From Mobula hypostoma (taxonomy: Eukaryota): DNA of 64,000 bases. Location: the NCBI RefSeq assembly GCF_963921235.1, contig NC_086097.1:71054001-71118000 (forward strand), given 5' to 3'. A model generated the notes under the pieces. That model saw nothing but the letters and a program-made list of their open reading frames with translations, was not told where the DNA came from and did not search any database. A program made the position numbers and the translations under genes. This document shows positions 59,231 through 64,000 of the stretch, piece by piece (positions within the stretch are counted from its first letter, which is position 1; every line of letters begins with the position of its first letter).

Positions 59231-62200
59231 AATAGGAAATACTGCAAATCCTTGACACGTCAATCAGCACCCATTGGGAAAGAAACAAGATCAATACACT
59301 TCAGTTGGAATATAGTTTATCCCTGGATATACTTCCATGAAGCAACCTGGCATACTATTTATCCACAAAAATCCAAGTCATTACTGTTAGGCCATCAAGG
59401 GAGAATTTCATGCTAAAAGTTTAATAAAACGTTACCTTAAACTAGTGAAATAGTGCAAAGCGATTTTCACAAGTGTAATAGGATTTTGAAATGAATTGAA
59501 TTTCACTGAAAAATTCCAACATCGTTTTCTTTGCCTCTGAGTTTGGTGCAGCCACTGAAGAAAATTATCTCAAATGTCAAAATTACAGAAACATGGGATG
59601 ACAGGAATATAAATTGTTGAAGAAGGTAAACACACTGATTTTATAATGAAGCCTAATTCTAATCTGCAATCAGAAATGTATTCACATCAGAAAAAAAAAT
59701 CACCATTGTTTTCCCCAGCCATGATTTTCATATTGTTAACTTTTTATTATTGTGCCAGTATTGTTGTCAGCCAGATTGGATGTTTAGTAATTATCACAGG
59801 TTGTTGTGTAACTGAAATCTGGACACATACAGTGATGTATTATATGGCAGCTTACTGCACTATGCAACCAATCCAATCCACATACACTGTGACATGGCAC
59901 TGTGTATGAAACCCATGGAAACTTGTTAGAGAACAGTGGAAATCAGTTAATTTGCCATAAACTTGTCCAATTAAAGTTGTCACAGTTGGCTTAAATTTTG
60001 TAATTTGGAACCTTGACAAAAACATTACAGATAGATGCAGCATTAAAACACTCATGTAATACATAACAAATTAGCATGCAAGACAGATATATCCTGCTTG
60101 TAGTTTAAGGGCACTCGGATCAGTTAAACATTCCATCTCATGAGATCACAGATGACAGACGGTGTCTTTGGGAATTTAAAATCATTATGTCCGAAAAGCA
60201 ATTATTTCTGCATTAACTAAATAAATCAGCAAGCTTAGTTAAAAGACATCATCATCTGATGTTATACATGCAGGCAAACTAAGCTGCTGTTTTGATTTCT
60301 GCTAGTTTTAATGAGACATAATTAGATGCTATTTTACTGCAGTTCTCATTTGTGTGAGCCAAAATATAGATCATTTAATGAATGTGGAAGTGTTTTGCCG
60401 TGGCTATCAGTTTTGCTTTACAGTACCTATCGTAGATGCATATTAATTGCATGCTAAAAATGTATTTATTTCATTTTGTATGCTTAGCAAGGCTGACAGA
60501 TTACATGCTCAACACTAACAATTCACAGCATCCACAGTAATACCAAATACCGGAATAGTGCCAAGCATTGTAGGCTTAGATGTGCCGTGGATCAGCAGCT
60601 TTGCTTTAAATTTCAACCACCATCTACCTTGACTTAGAGCAAGGAAGGATATCCAGGAATTGAAATAAACATTTCTGTGTTTGCTAGGCAGCACCACAGC
60701 ACTGACAACATACAAGTAATTGCACCTACACTCAACTCTGTTGCTGATAATTATAAAGTTCAATGTTGTTCATTAAAAATGCAACCAATGCTCCTTGTTA
60801 GTGCCTTTGCTAAACTAACAGCTGTGTTCATAGAGCTCTCTCACTTTACTGTACATTTCAAATGTTGATTCACAGGAAGTGCAAGTTTAGAGGAAGATTT
60901 TTTTTCTGAGAGTTACTGAAAAGCACAAACAGATTACATATGAGTTAACAAAACTGATGGACAAGTAATATTTTAATTCTGTTCTTCCTGTTACTTAGAA
61001 ACATAATTTAAATCTTGGTAATAGAAGACAGAATAGAATAGAACAGCACAGTACAGGCCCTTATAATAGCCAGTGATTTCATGTAACATGTGAACAAAAG
61101 GAATTGCGCCTGAACAATTTTCCGCAGTTACATTTTGTCAGGTTAATTTCTTTGTCTCTTCCTACGTTATCTTCTCACTGAATGTATTTTACAATAAAGC
61201 TGGCACCTTTGGAAAATTGGTACAAATGTACATTTACACTTTGGAAATCATTTGAAAACAAAGGCAAAAATCATTAGTTCACTGACATAATGAAGCTAAT
61301 GAATTTGCCTGTCAGAATAATTGTCTCTCTCATTATGAGGCAGATGAGAGATTTTCTTTTGTAAGGAAATGCATATTCTCTGTAGGCTTACTTTCGGTTC
61401 CTCTTTAATTGATAAGTACTTCATTTAGTGGCATCCACAAAGAGACAATGTTGCACATTAAAACATGTACAAATAATGACTCTCACACAAAGTGCTAAAC
61501 AGATCAACTGTCTGTTTTCCTTCGCTTTTGAATAATGAAATCCGGCATTTTGACATTATCTTTGAATCAAATGATGGAGGTGCAGACAGTGAGTTCTTCT
61601 TAATAAAAAGTCAAAGGATGTTGCAAAGTTCAGTTTAATTCCTTAAAAAAGTGTTAAACATACTGACGCACAATGATCATTAGCTGTAATGTATAAGGAC
61701 AATAAAATGTCAGAGATACTGTGCCATCCTGCAGGGAGAGTGAGAAGAAATGACAATACTGGCAACAGCATAAGCTGTTACTATAGCACCCACATTGGCT
61801 CAATATAATCACAAATGGTGACAGAAATGTCAATTCACCATGTGTATGATGAAGATGATTTTCGAGTAGATTTCAAAACTGCAAGTTTCTTACAAAAGCC
61901 TTTCTTTAAAACTATCTTAATGAAAAGTGATACTCCTGATTTTAATCTTTTCACTGAACCAGAACATACAGAGCTGCCAATTGCCCTTTGGTGTGTCTAG
62001 ATTACATTACTTATATTAAAAGCCAGTCTCTGTCATTGCTGGGATGGAAGTGAATGTTAAAGGAGCCATTGGTAAACACTTAGAGTACAATTTGTCATCT
62101 TAGAAAAAGAAAGAAATTGAATTTAACAAAGACAAAGCTAGCTAGTGAAACTTCTTTAAGCAGCTTATGGTAACTGAAAAGCAAGTGCTTCCAGCTGATG

Positions 62201-64000
62201 GGAATGTCATCGTGTCAGAGTAAGGAGACCACGCAACCTGAAACAGCAAATTTAAGCTTCTGTTCATAATATAGCTGCAGGGATTGGCTTTTGTTTGGGA
62301 AGCTGAGAACCAACTTTGGAAAGGAAGAGGGGTCATAGGGCAGTAATTAAACAAAATGTTAATTAAGGTTTCTCATACCTGCTAAATGCCTCAGGTTTAA
62401 ATGAACACCTGTAGTAGCTGACACATTATCTATTCATTTAAGACCTGCAGCTAAAATGCAGGAGCACTGCCAGTACAGGGAGAAAGATGATAGTTAGGCC
62501 AATATAACAATTCCTTGAATTTATCTCTTCAACCCATCTAACATTGCTTACAAAATATGAATATTAAAGTATCTTTATATGATAGATTATGTTTATGTTT
62601 GTGGTTTTAATAAGATATCATTACAGATTTAAACCTCATCAGGGAAAAATTTTTAAAAATAAATTTTGAGTTCTTCGAAGTATTGTGTTTACATTTGAAA
62701 TCTAAAAAATAGATCTAAGGGCAGATATGTTATTCTTGAATAACATCACAACCACAACACATTCATCCCATCACAAACTTGATATTGTATTGCCATAAAA
62801 AACATTCAATCACCATTATACAGATTCAACTGACACTTAAGAGATGTAGCAGTGGCAGATATTAAATAATTTTGAAGCTGATAATGGAGCAATTTCAAAC
62901 TGCAGAACTGAACAATGACTAGGAAGTCTACCAATTTTGTTTAAAAGCCAGCTCCACATTTCTTAGTCCAAAATGGATGTGGTAATTACCACAGCAGTGA
63001 TATAATGCCATTATTTACTGCATCTGCATTTTGGAAGGAACTGTGGATCATTTCCACCTTCTGGTGAACGTTTTTGCAGTTTTGAATCATGCTTCAGTCT
63101 CAGACTTGCTAGTTTTCAGTAAAACACTGACAACCGAACAATCTGCAGTGCTCATAACCTACGCTGATGTATTCATGAGCTTATCATACCCCTGAGCTAA
63201 ACTCGCCTGAAAACATCCCAATGCTATTTTGAAATATTCAGCTAGATGTTTTTTAGACAGTCTCCCCAATTCCAATAATCTCAACTAAAAATATAATTTA
63301 GCAAAAAGCGTCATTGAGTGGTTGGAATAGATGGTCTGTAGTCTCATTTGAGAAGAAGACCTCCTAACCTACTCAAAACTAATACTGACTTCCTCTCTGC
63401 AGGTATTTTGACCTTGTAACAGCCAGGTCAATTTATAGAGCACCGACTGAATAGTGGATTAAATTCAAATCGGAGCAAGAAAATCACATCATGCCAGTAG
63501 ACACAAAGATATCTGAAGGTTTTAAACCTCATTAGGGAGCAAAGTTTAGTAAATACAGTAATTAGCATATCAGAGGTTATTGCTCATGTGCACAGGCAAT
63601 GGCTGTCTTGGGTTGTTGTTTGGGAAGGAGCACCTGTCAAAACAAGTGCTGAATTTCACACCTCCCAATTCTAAGCCTCAGGTAGGAAACTCTGTGTACT
63701 GCATCGGCAAAGAGGGAGAGCTGCAATATGAACTGACTATACCAAGAGTAAAGTAAATGAGATCCTCCTGGGTACCAATAGCCCTTTGTTTAACATGATT
63801 AAATCCTCTTTGTTTCATTACGTAGACCAATGCAAAAACAAACAGAGACACCAAGATAAAGACTGGCAATACTTATCTGTTTCTCTTCCTTATCACACTT
63901 GCGATCTTCTGGCAGACAAACTGAAAGGAAACTACTTTGCTCAAATGAAATTGATGAGGTGACCGAGCAGGTGTACATGGAAGCTGTTGGTTAAAAAAGG

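Noticed and set aside
61815..62000. 61-aa ATG ORF in the TE-poor block
   Set aside because: No recognisable homology or exon context; length is expected by chance.
63678..63869. 63-aa minus ORF with hydrophobic N-terminus (possible micropeptide)
   Set aside because: Non-ATG start, and hydrophobicity follows from T-rich codons; no supporting evidence visible.

Overview
Vertebrate nuclear DNA. The repeat content (CR1/HER1-type LINEs, HE1/V-type SINEs, Rex1/Babar LINEs, Penelope elements) suggests a cartilaginous fish, probably a ray; this is inference. The only host coding sequence I can support is the last coding exon of protein kinase D1 (PRKD1, + strand, 1695-1913, ending in the PDZ-binding motif ERVSIL*), followed by a ~0.8 kb 3' UTR. 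The other ~61 kb is intergenic. By human synteny it should be the start of the PRKD1-FOXG1 regulatory gene desert. Roughly half or more is transposon-derived, often nested three or four deep: CR1 LINEs (two young copies with open RT frames), Rex1/Babar fragments, Penelope elements (one young copy with an 8-bp TSD, an open GIY-YIG frame and an intact minimal hammerhead ribozyme), a ~1.8 kb pol-less gag-carrying Gypsy element, solo LTRs, and pogo/Tigger, hAT and Tc1 relics. Several multi-kb TE-poor, AT-rich blocks are candidate conserved enhancers. There is no CRISPR array, rRNA or true tRNA gene. Family names come from motif recognition and memory, not database searches, and boundaries of decayed elements are approximate.
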